Below are positions 27,301-39,300 of a stretch of DNA of 64,000 nucleotides, in pieces (positions within the stretch are counted from its first letter, which is position 1; the number at the start of each line of letters is the position of its first letter). The DNA comes from Somniosus microcephalus (taxonomy: Eukaryota), in the NCBI GenBank assembly GCA_052327205.1, contig CM126223.1, positions 61,380,001 through 61,444,000 on the forward strand. The letters are read 5' to 3'. Below the pieces are notes generated by a model that saw nothing but the letters and a program-made list of their open reading frames with translations, was not told where the DNA came from and did no database searches. Made by a program: the position numbers and the translations under genes.

Positions 27301-30300
27301 CACGGAGTACAGGTAGACTATCCTTTATCCGAACTTCCGAAAACCTCTGAAAACCTAAAGTTTTTTCGTTCAGCGTAAGTCGTGTGCACAACATGACCCG
27401 AGTGGCGCAAAACATGACAGGAGTGGTCCTCCGGGGCCCAGAACAAGAATTCCTGCAGATTGTCGACACGCCGGCCTTCGCTCGCGATGTTAAGTGTGAC
27501 TGAGGGAGCTCTGCCTTTCCCTGTGAGCAGGGCAGAGGGTCACAGAGTTCCCTCCTGGGTAGGGGATTGCAGGCCGAGCCGGGCAGTGTGAAGGAGGTAC
27601 CGGGAGAGTGAACCCAACAATACAGCGGCCCGTCCGATATGCTGCCATTCTATCCAAACTTCCGGATAGACCAGCACTAATGTTGTCAGATACGAAGGTT
27701 TTCATCTCCGTATCTGACACTGTTGCTCAGCAACAGCTTGTAAACACTCGGCCCTGTGGCTTGGAAGCGTCTCTGAAGCTGTTGCTAAGCTACAGAGACG
27801 CTTTCCAGAGCCTGCCGTATCTGACAACAAACACTGTTGCTCAGCAACAGCTTGTAAACACTCGGCCCAGTAGCTTGGAAGCGTCTCTGAAGCTGTTGCT
27901 AAGCTACAGAGACGCTTTCCAGAGCCTGCCTGTGAAAAGAATGCTAGGAGTTTCTCAGTCTGAAATAATACCTTCTGAAATCCGAAAATTTCCGAAAACC
28001 GAAACACAGCTGGTCCCAAGGTTTTCGGATAAGGGATAGTCAACCTGTATAAGCTTTTGGACAAGAGGCTGCAAGCAACAGTGCCCCAACATATCTTTAA
28101 AATAATTTCTGAGGATGTGGGCAATGCTGGCAACGCCACATGTACTGTCCATCCCTAACTGCTCTCGGGAGTCTTCTCCTTGAACCATTGCAGTCCTTGT
28201 GGTGATGGTGCTCCACATTGGTGGTTAGGTAAGAAACTCCAGAATACTGGCCCAACAACAATGAAGGAGCAACATGTGTCCAAGTCAGGATGATGTTCCC
28301 ATGACATTACTGCTCTTCTCCCTCTCAGTGATAGACATCAGAGGGGAGGGAGGTACTGTTGGCGTTAACCTTGGCGAGTTGCTGCAGTGCACCCTCTAGA
28401 TTACACATACAGCAGCCACAGTATGGTGGTGATGGAGTGGGTGGATATTGAGTACCAATCACACAAACTGCTGTATGGTGTCAAGCATCTTGAGTGTAGC
28501 TGATGCTTCACTCATCCTGGTGATTGGCGAGTATTCCATCACACTCCTGCCTGCAGCATTGTAGATGGTGGAAAGGCTTTCAGGGGTCAGGGAGTGAGAA
28601 TCAGCCTCTGCCCTGTTTTTGTAGCCAGTGTTATTAAGCTGATCCAGTTAAGCTTTTGGTCAAAAGTGACCTCCAAGTTGTCGATAGTGGGGAATTTGAT
28701 GATAGTGGTGCCATTGAAGATCGAGAGAAGACCATGCACACATCCAGGAGAACTCCTGTAATGAGATCCTGGGGCGGCAATGACCGTCTTCCAGAGAACC
28801 ACATTATCTTCATTTGTGTCAGGTATGACTCCAGCCACTGAGGGTTTTGCTTTGATTCCCCATTGACTTCAGCTTTGCTAGGACTCTTTGGTTCCATACA
28901 TGGTTGAATGCTACCTCGATGTTGAAGGCAGTTGTTCTCACCTCTTCTCTGGCATTCAGCTCTTGCGTCCATATCTGGACCAAGACTGTGAGGATGTCTG
29001 GAACTGAATGGTATTCACGGAACCCGAACTGAGCATTGGTGAGGACGTTCTTGGTGAGTAGATGTTGCTTGATCACGCTATCAATGACTCCTTTCATCAC
29101 CTTACTGATGGAGGAGAGGTCATTGGGCAGGTTATATTTAACCTGTTTTTGTGGATAGGACATACCTTGGTAATCTTTCACATTGCTGGGTGGATGCCAG
29201 TGTTATTGTTGTACTGGAACAGCTTGGCTAGGGAAGCGACTAGCTCTGGTGCACAGGTCTTCAGCACCACAGCCTGGTTGTCGAGTCCATAGTCTTTGCT
29301 GTGTTCAGTATACTCAGCCACTTATTGTCATGTGGAGTGAGCCAAATAGGCTGGATTGTAGCACGTATGGTGGTGGGGACCCAGAGAGGAGGCCAAGTAC
29401 AATCATCCACTCGGCCCTTTCAGCTGATGGCACGAACAAACACTTCAGCCTTGTTCCTTATGCTCATGTGCTACACTCCACCATGGTTGAAGATGGTGAT
29501 GTTACCTGGTTGTCCACCACCATTCTCAATTGCCAGCGTTTATGCTCCACTCGAGCCTCCTCCTGTCTTTCCTCATCTAAATCTATCAGTGTAACCCTCG
29601 ATTCCCTGCTCCCTCATATGCTTGTCCAGCCTCCCCTTAAATGTATCTATACTATTCGCTTCAACCACTCCCTGTGGCAGCAAGTTCCACATTCTCACCA
29701 CTCTCTGGGTATAGAAGTTTCTTCTGAATTCCCTATTGGATTTCTTGGTGACTATCTTATATTGATGGCCTCTAGTTTTGCTCTTCCCCACAAGTGGAAA
29801 CATTCTCTCTGTATCCACTCTATCAAAACCTTTCATAATTTTAAAGACCTCCATTAGGTCACCCCCCAGCCTTCTTTTTTCCCCAAAAAGAGAGACCCAG
29901 CCTGTTCAATCCTTTCCTGATGTTTACCCTCACATTTCTGGTATCATCCTTGTAAATCTTCTCTGCACCCTCTCCAGTCCCTTTATATCCTTTTCATAAT
30001 ATACCAACCAGAACTGCACACAGTACTCCAAGTGTGGTCTAACCAAGGTTCGATACAGGTTTAGCATAACTTCCCAATTCTATCCCTCTCGAAATAAACC
30101 CGTGTGCTTGGCTTGCTTTTTTTATGGCCTTGCTAACCTGTGGCGCAACTTTTAGTAATTTGTGTATTTGTACTCCAAGATCCCTTTGCTCCTCTACCCC
30201 ACCCAGACTTGCACCCTCCAAGTGATAGGCGACCTCCCTATTCTTACCAAAATGTAATACCTCACATTTATCTGTGTTGAACTTCATTTGCCAATTATTT

Positions 30301-33300
30301 GCCCATTCTGCAAGTTTATTAATGTCCTGCTGTAATTTGTTGCAGTCCTCCTCAGTACTGATTATTCCCCACAATTTGATTATCATCTGCAATTTTAGAA
30401 ATTGTGTTTTTGATTCCAAAGTCTAAATCATTAATGTAAATTGTGAACGGCAGTGGGCCCAGCATTGATCCTTATGGAACACCGCTACCCACCTTCTGCC
30501 ACTGTGAATAGCTACCCTTTACCCCATCTCTCTGCTTTCTGTCTTGAGGCTGCTAGATCTGTTCTTAGTCTGCCCCACAATAGAGGATGTCCTCACAGTG
30601 CCGAGGACTATGCAGTGGTCACTTCTACCAATCCTGTTGTGGACAGATGGGTCTGCAATGGTAGGAATAAAGCAAGTGGTTCCTTCGCAGTGTTGGTTCC
30701 TTCACCAGCTGGCCCAGGTTCAGTCTGGCAGCTATGTTCTTCATGACACAGCCAGTGGTTGTACCACCAAGCCACTCTGTGTGGTGGACACTCAAGTCCC
30801 CCACCCAGAGTACATTCTCTGCCCTTGCTTCCCTCAGAGCTTCCAGCAAGTGATGTTCAACATGGAAGAGAACAGATTTGTCAGTTGAGTGGTGGTGGGA
30901 AGAAATCAGCAGGTGGTTTCCTTGACCTGAAACATGGAACTTCACGTGGTCCAAAGGCAATGCTGATGACGCCCAGCGTCACTCCTACCGTAATGTATAC
31001 CACTGTAGGTCTGTCAGTGGATCTTTTTGCATTGGAGGGCAGGAAGTTGCTGTTTACTAGTATTGCTTACAGCACAAGATGCCGATGTTGGGAGTCGATG
31101 GCACTGCAGTAATGTAAACACTACCCATAACATAACCAAGAAAGATGTTAGCTGATGAATATGATTCTGTAAGTACAACTATGTCAGGATATTGCCCAGC
31201 ATAGTTTACCATCCAAAAGGAGAGGAAAGCAAAAGATGATCAAGGTGGACTGTGGAAAACAGAGGGACTCACAGCATTAAAAATAGTGTGTCAATGCACG
31301 GACTACCTTACCTACAATGACTACTTTCGGCAGCAGAGTACAACATTAACCTTTTGAGCAGTTGAAGTAACCTACAATCTTTAATCTTTTCTAACAAAAC
31401 ACAGCCAGAATGAAAGAGTGGCAGTAGCAGCAATTAAAATCACCTCGGGGTAAAGGCAATTAAATAACATTTTCTTCATTAATAATTAAAAGAGACCGTG
31501 TTGCTGCAGGGTGCAAGTTCAGTTTCTAGCGGTGCAGTGTAGTCTGTTGCAACAATGCAAGATCTCTTTTTATTGAAAATACATAGAACTGATTTTATTG
31601 AATACATACTGTTTTTATTAAAAAAAAGGTGCTTGTCCAGTCTTTGTTGTGGTGCTGCAATTTTCTTCAGTACCTTTGGGCTGGTTGGGGGGGGGGGGGG
31701 GAATCCCAGTAGCCAGGGCTTTGACTCATTATTATCCACATGAGGGAGAGGGAGAGGGTGAGCTTTATAGCCAATGATGTACTTTTTGAAGTGTAGTCAC
31801 TGTTGTAATGTAGGAAACTCGGCAGTCAGTTTGCACACAGCAAGCTCCCACAAACAGCAATGTGATAATGACCAGAGAATCTGTTTTAGTGATGTTTATT
31901 GAGGGATAAATATTGGCCAGGACACCGGGGAGAACTCCCCTGCTCTTCGAAATAGTGCCAGAGGATCTTTTACGTCCACCCGAGAACGCAGAGGGGACCT
32001 CGGTTTAACGTCTCATCTGAAAGACGGCACCGTAGCACTCCCTCAGCACTGCACTGGAGTGTCAGCCTAGCTTTTTGTGCTCAGGTCCCTGGAGTGGGGC
32101 TTGAACCCACAACCTTCTGACTCAGGAGGCGAGGGTGCTTCCAACTGAGCCACGACTGACACTGTCAAGTGTAAAGACAGACTGGACTTAGCTGTGATGC
32201 ATTCGTGTTGAATAACTTGACTCACATTCACCGTCTAGGCTGATGGGCTATTTGGACGAGAAGCAATTGGTTGCCAGCTCTCGTGGAAACATACCATAGC
32301 AACAGTTACTATGTTGAGAAGAGATGGCAAGAAGATTGCATAGAGAAAAGACCAGTAGGTGTTTAAGATTACTGATTACGTCACTATGCTCAAGCATGCC
32401 AAGCGTCATCTAAACCATGCCAACACCACACCTATAAAGCAGGCTTCTTGTGTGGATTATAACATGATCATAATAAAGGTTGCAACAGTTTTTAAAGAAA
32501 AATGAGCTATGCACAGTTCTGCCTCCACAGGTGAGCAAGCCAGTTCCTCTTACTTGTGCCAAGACATTCTATCCAATTTAAGGTGCACTGTCCGAGTTTG
32601 GGCTTCAGGAGAGCAGCCGACATGCACCACTCTCCTGCATTTGTGCAGTGAACTGGTTCTGGCCTCTACGTGGGTGGGCTCTGAAAACGATAGCCCACTG
32701 TTCCACACACGTGCAGATCCCTTATGCTGGTGCTGTGAGCTTCTCAACATCGTGCATGCATGAAGAGAGAAAAGAAATTGGTATTGCGCCAGTTTCATCC
32801 ATCGGTGTCCTTGTGTCACACACCAAATTAGATCAGCACATTTACACGGCCAACGAGAGCTGGGATTCTGGAGTCATACTGCGAGACGCACCAGAAAAGG
32901 GTCTTTTTGCATTGGAGGCCAGTAGGTTTCTGTTTACTAGTGTTGCTGGCTGCGTGAGATGTGTACATTGCGAGCCGACTGCACTGCAGTAATGAAAATA
33001 CTGTTCATTTACATGCCTGATGTAGAAGAGTTAACTATCCAAATATGTTTTTTTCTTCCCCCCAAAAATGCAGTAAATCAATTTTTATCACTTGTCAGTG
33101 GATGGTTCATTGGACAGAGCATCGGGGACAGTCAACATGGCGGTGAAATTAAGGCAGGGCTAGGCCACAGGTGGGCAGGAATTCCGAAATTTCCAAACAG
33201 TAGTCTTGACAAACTGAACACTAATAAAATTGCAATTTTAGGGTTTCAAAACATCAACGATGCCAACCGAGGAACACTGTTCCTTTAGGAGAAATAAACT

Positions 33301-36300
33301 TCAATACAGCTGAATGAAAGCAATTCCAATATATACAGCAGAACTGATTCAAAATTAATATTCCGAGACTTGCTTTCACAGACTGGGCAGCCAGCTCACA
33401 GCAGTACGGAGAGCGCTAGCGACCAGTTATATACCTGGTGCCTTGGCTACAGTTGATATGAAGGCTGGGGGTAACCAGCAAGAACAAACAGAAGGAGTTG
33501 AACAAATGGAGGGGGAAAAAGCATCATTTTTTTTGGGACACTTTTTGTAGCTGCTGCTGTGAAAAAGCAGAGAGCGACTCTCCTTCTAAATCACCTGGCA
33601 TATGCTCCCAACAGCACAGCTGGATGCGTTGGGGGTGGGGGGGAAACAAAATTCAAACTTGCATCGGAGAACTCCCCAGCTTCATTGCTAGTGCCCTCAA
33701 CAGGCCCTAAGAAATATAAGCTTTACTCAACCACGATTACAAATGATCAGTTTGAAGCAATTCAAATACCGACACAATCTGAGAATATGAAAAATAAGCC
33801 TCAACTAAACAGAGTCTCGCCATTCGTGTTTGAAACAAAGTAGGTATATTTTTGAACCCTCCCAACAAGTTTTTGAAGTATGATCCACCAGTACCACAGC
33901 ACTGAAACAGCTCGAATCAAAGTCACAACAACATCCTCTGTGATCGTGTGGCCTCTCGGCAGACTTTAACGGCGCCAACCACACCACCTTCCTCCTCCAC
34001 TTCATTGTCCAGCTCAGTAGGACTCCCTTATTTGGTTGCACGCTTACTTATCCAATCAGAGCCACAGCGCCTCCAGCTATGGCTTTTCTTCTCGCCTCCG
34101 CACCATTACCTCTGAAGTCTCCCAAGGATCTATCTTTGGTCCCCTTCTCTTCCTCATCTACATGCTGCTCCTTGGCAACAGTGTCCAAAAAGAGGGGGTC
34201 AACTTCCACACATACGCTGACAACACCTAACTCCACCTCTTTTGACACCTTCACTGCCTCTGTGTTGTCAAGACATCCAGTCTTGGATTAACTGCAACTT
34301 CCCCCAGTTACGCATTGTCTTTGGGTCCCGTCACAAGTACTGCATGTACCTGTGACATCAATTACAAACCCCACCCCGACCATCGCCTCAGGCTGAATCA
34401 GACTGTTTACATCCTCAAAGTCCTATTTGACCCCGAGCTGAGCTTCCACCTCTAGCATTGCCCACCTAGCCGCAGTGTCAGCTCAGCGTCTGTTGAAAGC
34501 CTGGTCCATGCAGGTCACCACCAGGCTGGACAATTGCAATGCTCTCCTGGGCAGCTTCCCACACTCCATTCTCTATAAACTTCAGCTCATCCAAAACTCT
34601 GCTGCCTCGAATCTGCACCTCATTCTTGCTGATCTACATGGGCTCCCAGTCTCCCAACTCCTCCAATTTAAAATCCTCATGCTCCTGTTCAAGTCCCTTC
34701 GTGGCCTTGCCAGACGTCTCCGTTCCTCCAGCTTTGGCCTCTTGTGCACACCACATTTCCCTTCAGCTCAATGGTGGCCGTGCCAATGGCCGTCTGGGCC
34801 CCATCCTCTAGACATTCCCTCCCTAAACCCCTCCACCTTTTGCACCTCTTTAAAACCAATCTCTGAGCAAGCTTTTGGGCATCTTTCCCAACATGTTCTA
34901 CAGCTCAGTGTCTAGTTTTGTCTGACTATGCCTCCGAAGCACCTTGGGACGGTTTTCTACGTTAAAGACACAATATAAATGCAAGTTGTTTTTTGTAGGA
35001 ATGCAGCACTCGCAAAGTAGCTTACCAGATTTGCACGCTCCTGGTAATGGGTCAACAGCCTGTTAACTGTCAAAATTCTTATCAGTATGCATCTCCACAA
35101 CTTTAACTGCCCAAAATGACAATACTGTGCACTGCTTTCTAGAGCAACTGCCAATGTCAATCCCACAGCAAATGCAAAAACAAAGTTCTATCTGTTAAAG
35201 CAAAATTGCGACAAGTGCTCAGTCTCTGAAGTGTTGGAAGCTCACAGCACAACTCAAATTTCAAGTGTTTCAATTCACCAGAATTAGTGCTAGAAAAATG
35301 CAAAAATGTGGAAAGTACATAAATAATGGTTATCAAGGAAGCATTTTATGATTACAATTTAATTAAGGTGTTGTGAGGAGATTAAATTGAGAGATTGAAG
35401 TTCAAGCTTTTATGACTTTCAACAGAACATCTCTCAAAAGACTGAACTGCAGCCATTTCTGTGCTATTTCTTTCATTTTACTCTTTGCCTTCCTATACTG
35501 AAGGTGCTGACTCATGCAGCTGTACAGCTCCACTGCTGCAGCACCTTGCCCAAGTGGGTCATTCTTCACTCAGGCAGCAAGGTACTCAACCAGAGACATC
35601 ACACAGTCAAGCCCAAACCTTTCTCACCCAACACAAGCACTTTCCAAGAATCACTGGCCAATTTTTCTCTCATCTGAGGCCAGTTGAAGTATCGCTTCCG
35701 CTCAGCCCTGGCTGAGATCAGCAGAGACCAGTGGCTGTACCTAGGATCTATCTGGTTGGTGTGTCTTGGTACCACAATAGACAGTCACCCACTGAACCAT
35801 CAGGGAGCTCATCACATTACTGTAGAACGTGTTATTTTCACAAGTAATTCACTTTTCACTGCATGTATGTGACTGCAACATACCCAAACTATTATATATG
35901 CTGCTTATTATATTTTTTGCCAATGTCACTGCACTGCAGTGCAGCACTGGGAATCGCTGCTTTGCTAAAGGTGCTGTCCTTCAAATAAAATGTAAAGCCA
36001 ACACCACCAAATAAACATTAAATGGTGATTTATCTCACTGCTGTTTGTGTGACCTCGCTGTGTGTGAAATGGCTGCCACATTTGCCTACATACAAAGCTA
36101 CAGGCGCTGCACTTCAAAACAACTCGTTATATCTGAAATGTTGGGACCGAATAAATGGTACAGTATAAATGCAAAACTCCTTTTCACCCCCTCCTTACCA
36201 GAGTGCCAATATTCGATCTCATCCTACTTATCTCATCATGGAGTGACCAGTTGCTGTTAAACTCAACACTTATAATTCTCGTTTTAAACAGGAGTATGTT

Positions 36301-39300
36301 TAAAGCACCAGCAAGCAGAGTGCATATTGATTTAACAGTAGCTGGTTACTGTAAGCAGCTAATAACCGGAGCAAGGCACTGCATCCGGACTCGGACAGGA
36401 AAAGGCAACATTAGGTGCAAGACAGGCCGAGAGACACAGCAGCAACAGGACTGGCACAGGCACAGAAATGCAGCAGAACCAGGAATCAGCTTATATTTTG
36501 TGACAGCACTGTACAGTTTGTCGCACAATACTTAAAAGGAATACATTGGGATAGTCGGTGTGGCGTGGTCACGTTGGGAACAGCATGCCGTTTGAGCTCA
36601 GGATAATTGGACGACAGTCTCTGGGGTTCAGTTGCATCAGGTAATAAAGAATCTTGCATATACGGTGATGGGCCCTGTAGGGTTAGATGTTGTTCTTTGC
36701 AGAGGGCGAGGAGAGGGCTCATTAGTGTGCGGCTCAATTACGCTTTTCTAACCTGGTGATCTATGCCCATGTGGGAGTTGCCTGGGTTGTGTGGCCTTTC
36801 CGGAATGTGCTCCAGACTGCCCAGTATTTGCCGACTTCCAGACTGAATCCAAATATATCTTTTCCAACTAGCATACGTTCTACAGAAGTTTCACTCGTAC
36901 TTAATAAGGGGACTGCAGCAGAGTGGGGTTCTACCATTGTGCAGTTGCATCAGCCTCTATGTTGTGCTAGACTACATGTTCCAGCTGAGGAGTTGCTCAC
37001 GAGTGGATTGGTACAGGCTAAGGCCTGTAGTGATTGTGAGGTGTGCTCTGTGCCTTCCGCACTGCTGCCCCGTGTAGTTAAATTCCACAAGCGAGGCGTG
37101 GAATGTGTGGGCCATTTGTAGGGTGCAGTGGTCCTGGGAAAGGGTCTGCAGCTCCTTCAGAATGCGTCTGCACCATTTGGCTCTTTCCCCAAAATCTGGT
37201 ACAATGGGGAATGGATTCACCACAAGTGGCTTCCTAACCCGGCACAAGAACGGCATCGGCAGATTAGACCAACTCCAACAGACATCAGGTTCGGCCTTTT
37301 TATAAGCGGCAGAAAAATTCCACCACACCCAGAAAATTGCACCTCAGTAGGCTACCTTCAAACTAAACACTGCCTTCAGGATCCAATGACACTGCAAAAA
37401 TGTCAACATGAGCCAAACTTCTTGGATCTCTACCATCACTCCCTGGTAAATCCCCACAAACACATGTCCATCCTCTACACATTGTTTGCTCCTAGGTCAA
37501 AAAGACAACACAGGAAGTCTGAAAGCCTGGCAGCGATAACAAGGGGGCTCGACAACAGAGGAGGAAACAGAGAGAAGAATGGAAGCTTATCGGCACACTT
37601 ACCAGCTGTAGCCGAATGCACAAGGGCCAGCCAAGGTATTACATTAACGGTCAGCAAATCATTAATCCTTCAGTGTGAATATCACCATGCAGTGACACAA
37701 AGCAACCCCAGTCAGAAACTTAGCAATTACAAAAACCATCTTGAATTCTAAAAAGAATAAAACTATCCCTGAAGTAACCTAGACTTTTAGTTCAGCATTC
37801 AATTTGAAACTGCAGGAGTGTCACTATGAACCACCATTCAATAGGGATTTCTGGTTTGAAATCACTTCCAAGTATTCATTACTCTGAAAATTACCTGTCC
37901 ACATTACATACATCAAATTTTTAAAAAATAATTCCCCAATGGTTTGGTAGGTAAATGCAGTACATGGCATGACACCGAGCCACAAATAGCAGTGCAGTCC
38001 CAGGTTTGATCTGTGGGGTCAATTGTTAAGGATAACAGACCCGTTACTGGTGGATAGGATTCTTCCCACTCAGCTGCAGTCAACTCTGCTGGGCAGTGCC
38101 CCAAAGGACAGAATGATCCTAGCTAAACAATCAAACTTACCAGTGCTCGGTGCTGGCAAGCTGTGCAGCTTTAGTTGGTTAAACTTCAGCAGTGCCCTCT
38201 TACATCCTCGAGAATGTCCAAGTCTTGGCTCTTGCCAACCTTCATCTATGTTCTCAGTTTATGGAAGTAAAGTGCGGCCTTTCTGGGAGGGCTGCAAGGG
38301 AAGTGTTTGCTGTGCATATCAGGCAAACAGAATCTCTACTTAGGTGGATTTCTCAGTAGCTCGGTTCTAAAAATATTCAAGCACTGGAATTGGGTGGCAG
38401 TGTGCATTAGCTTTTCATCTCTGGGACTTGGGTTCAAATCCTGATTGAATGAAAGTACTTCTGCTGGCTAGAAAGTGCCTGTATGAAATTAAGTTTGTGC
38501 AACCTTGATCCAATGCCTGGGTGGGCAGGAACCTACAGCACAAAATTACCCCCATTTCGGCAAGAAATGGCAACGTCGGACATGCCTAGGGATTGTCGAT
38601 TGGGAAATGGAACAAAATGCCATATTATTGCAGTGGGGGTGGTCTGGAGCTTGAAGGTGTGAGGTACATTGTTGGAGCAAAGAGGCGAACTCTATCTCTA
38701 AAATAAAAACAGAAAATGCTGGAAATACTCAGCAGGTCAGGCAGCATCTGTGGAGAGAGAAACAGGGTTAACGTTTCAGGTCGATGACCCTTCGCCAGAA
38801 CTCTATACCTAGCTGTGCTATACCTGATCTGGGAATACTTGACACTGGGTGTCTGAAATAGAAACAACTTGCCTTTAAAGAAGTGTTCCATTCTCCCTAC
38901 ACTAACATCCCACACTTGAGCACAAAAATCCCCCACCCAGGTTAAACAGCTTACCAGCATTCACTATCTAGAGTCATACATGAAGAATTGCCAACTTGGA
39001 CACAATACTAGAGAGCTGAAGGCTACCAAAAAACAAGTCACCACTTTCAGGACAGTGAAAATTGCAGGGGGTGGGGTGAAGACTTTGTATTTCTACAATT
39101 TAATCCCTATAACTATACAGAGAATTTTCTTCAACAGATTAAATGTTTATAAACATTGAATTTTGCTGTAAGTTTTGAAGAAAAGAAATCTAATTGTAAT
39201 TTATTTCCCATCCATTCCTGAATTTGAATTAAACAACAAGTGCTAATGACGTTGGCAGAAAACCACTCTCCTGGAGGAGTTACCGAGCCACACTATATAA

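Noticed and set aside
29183-29857. 224-aa plus-strand ORF
   Set aside because: Antisense to two different LINE fragments and spans their junction.
36560-36600. LKRHAVPNV as a THAP-domain AVPT motif
   Set aside because: No upstream C2CH zinc ligands in frame; too short to support.
37128-37751. 207-aa plus-strand ORF
   Set aside because: No recognisable domain or splice context, and it is antisense within intron 1; probably chance or TE-derived.
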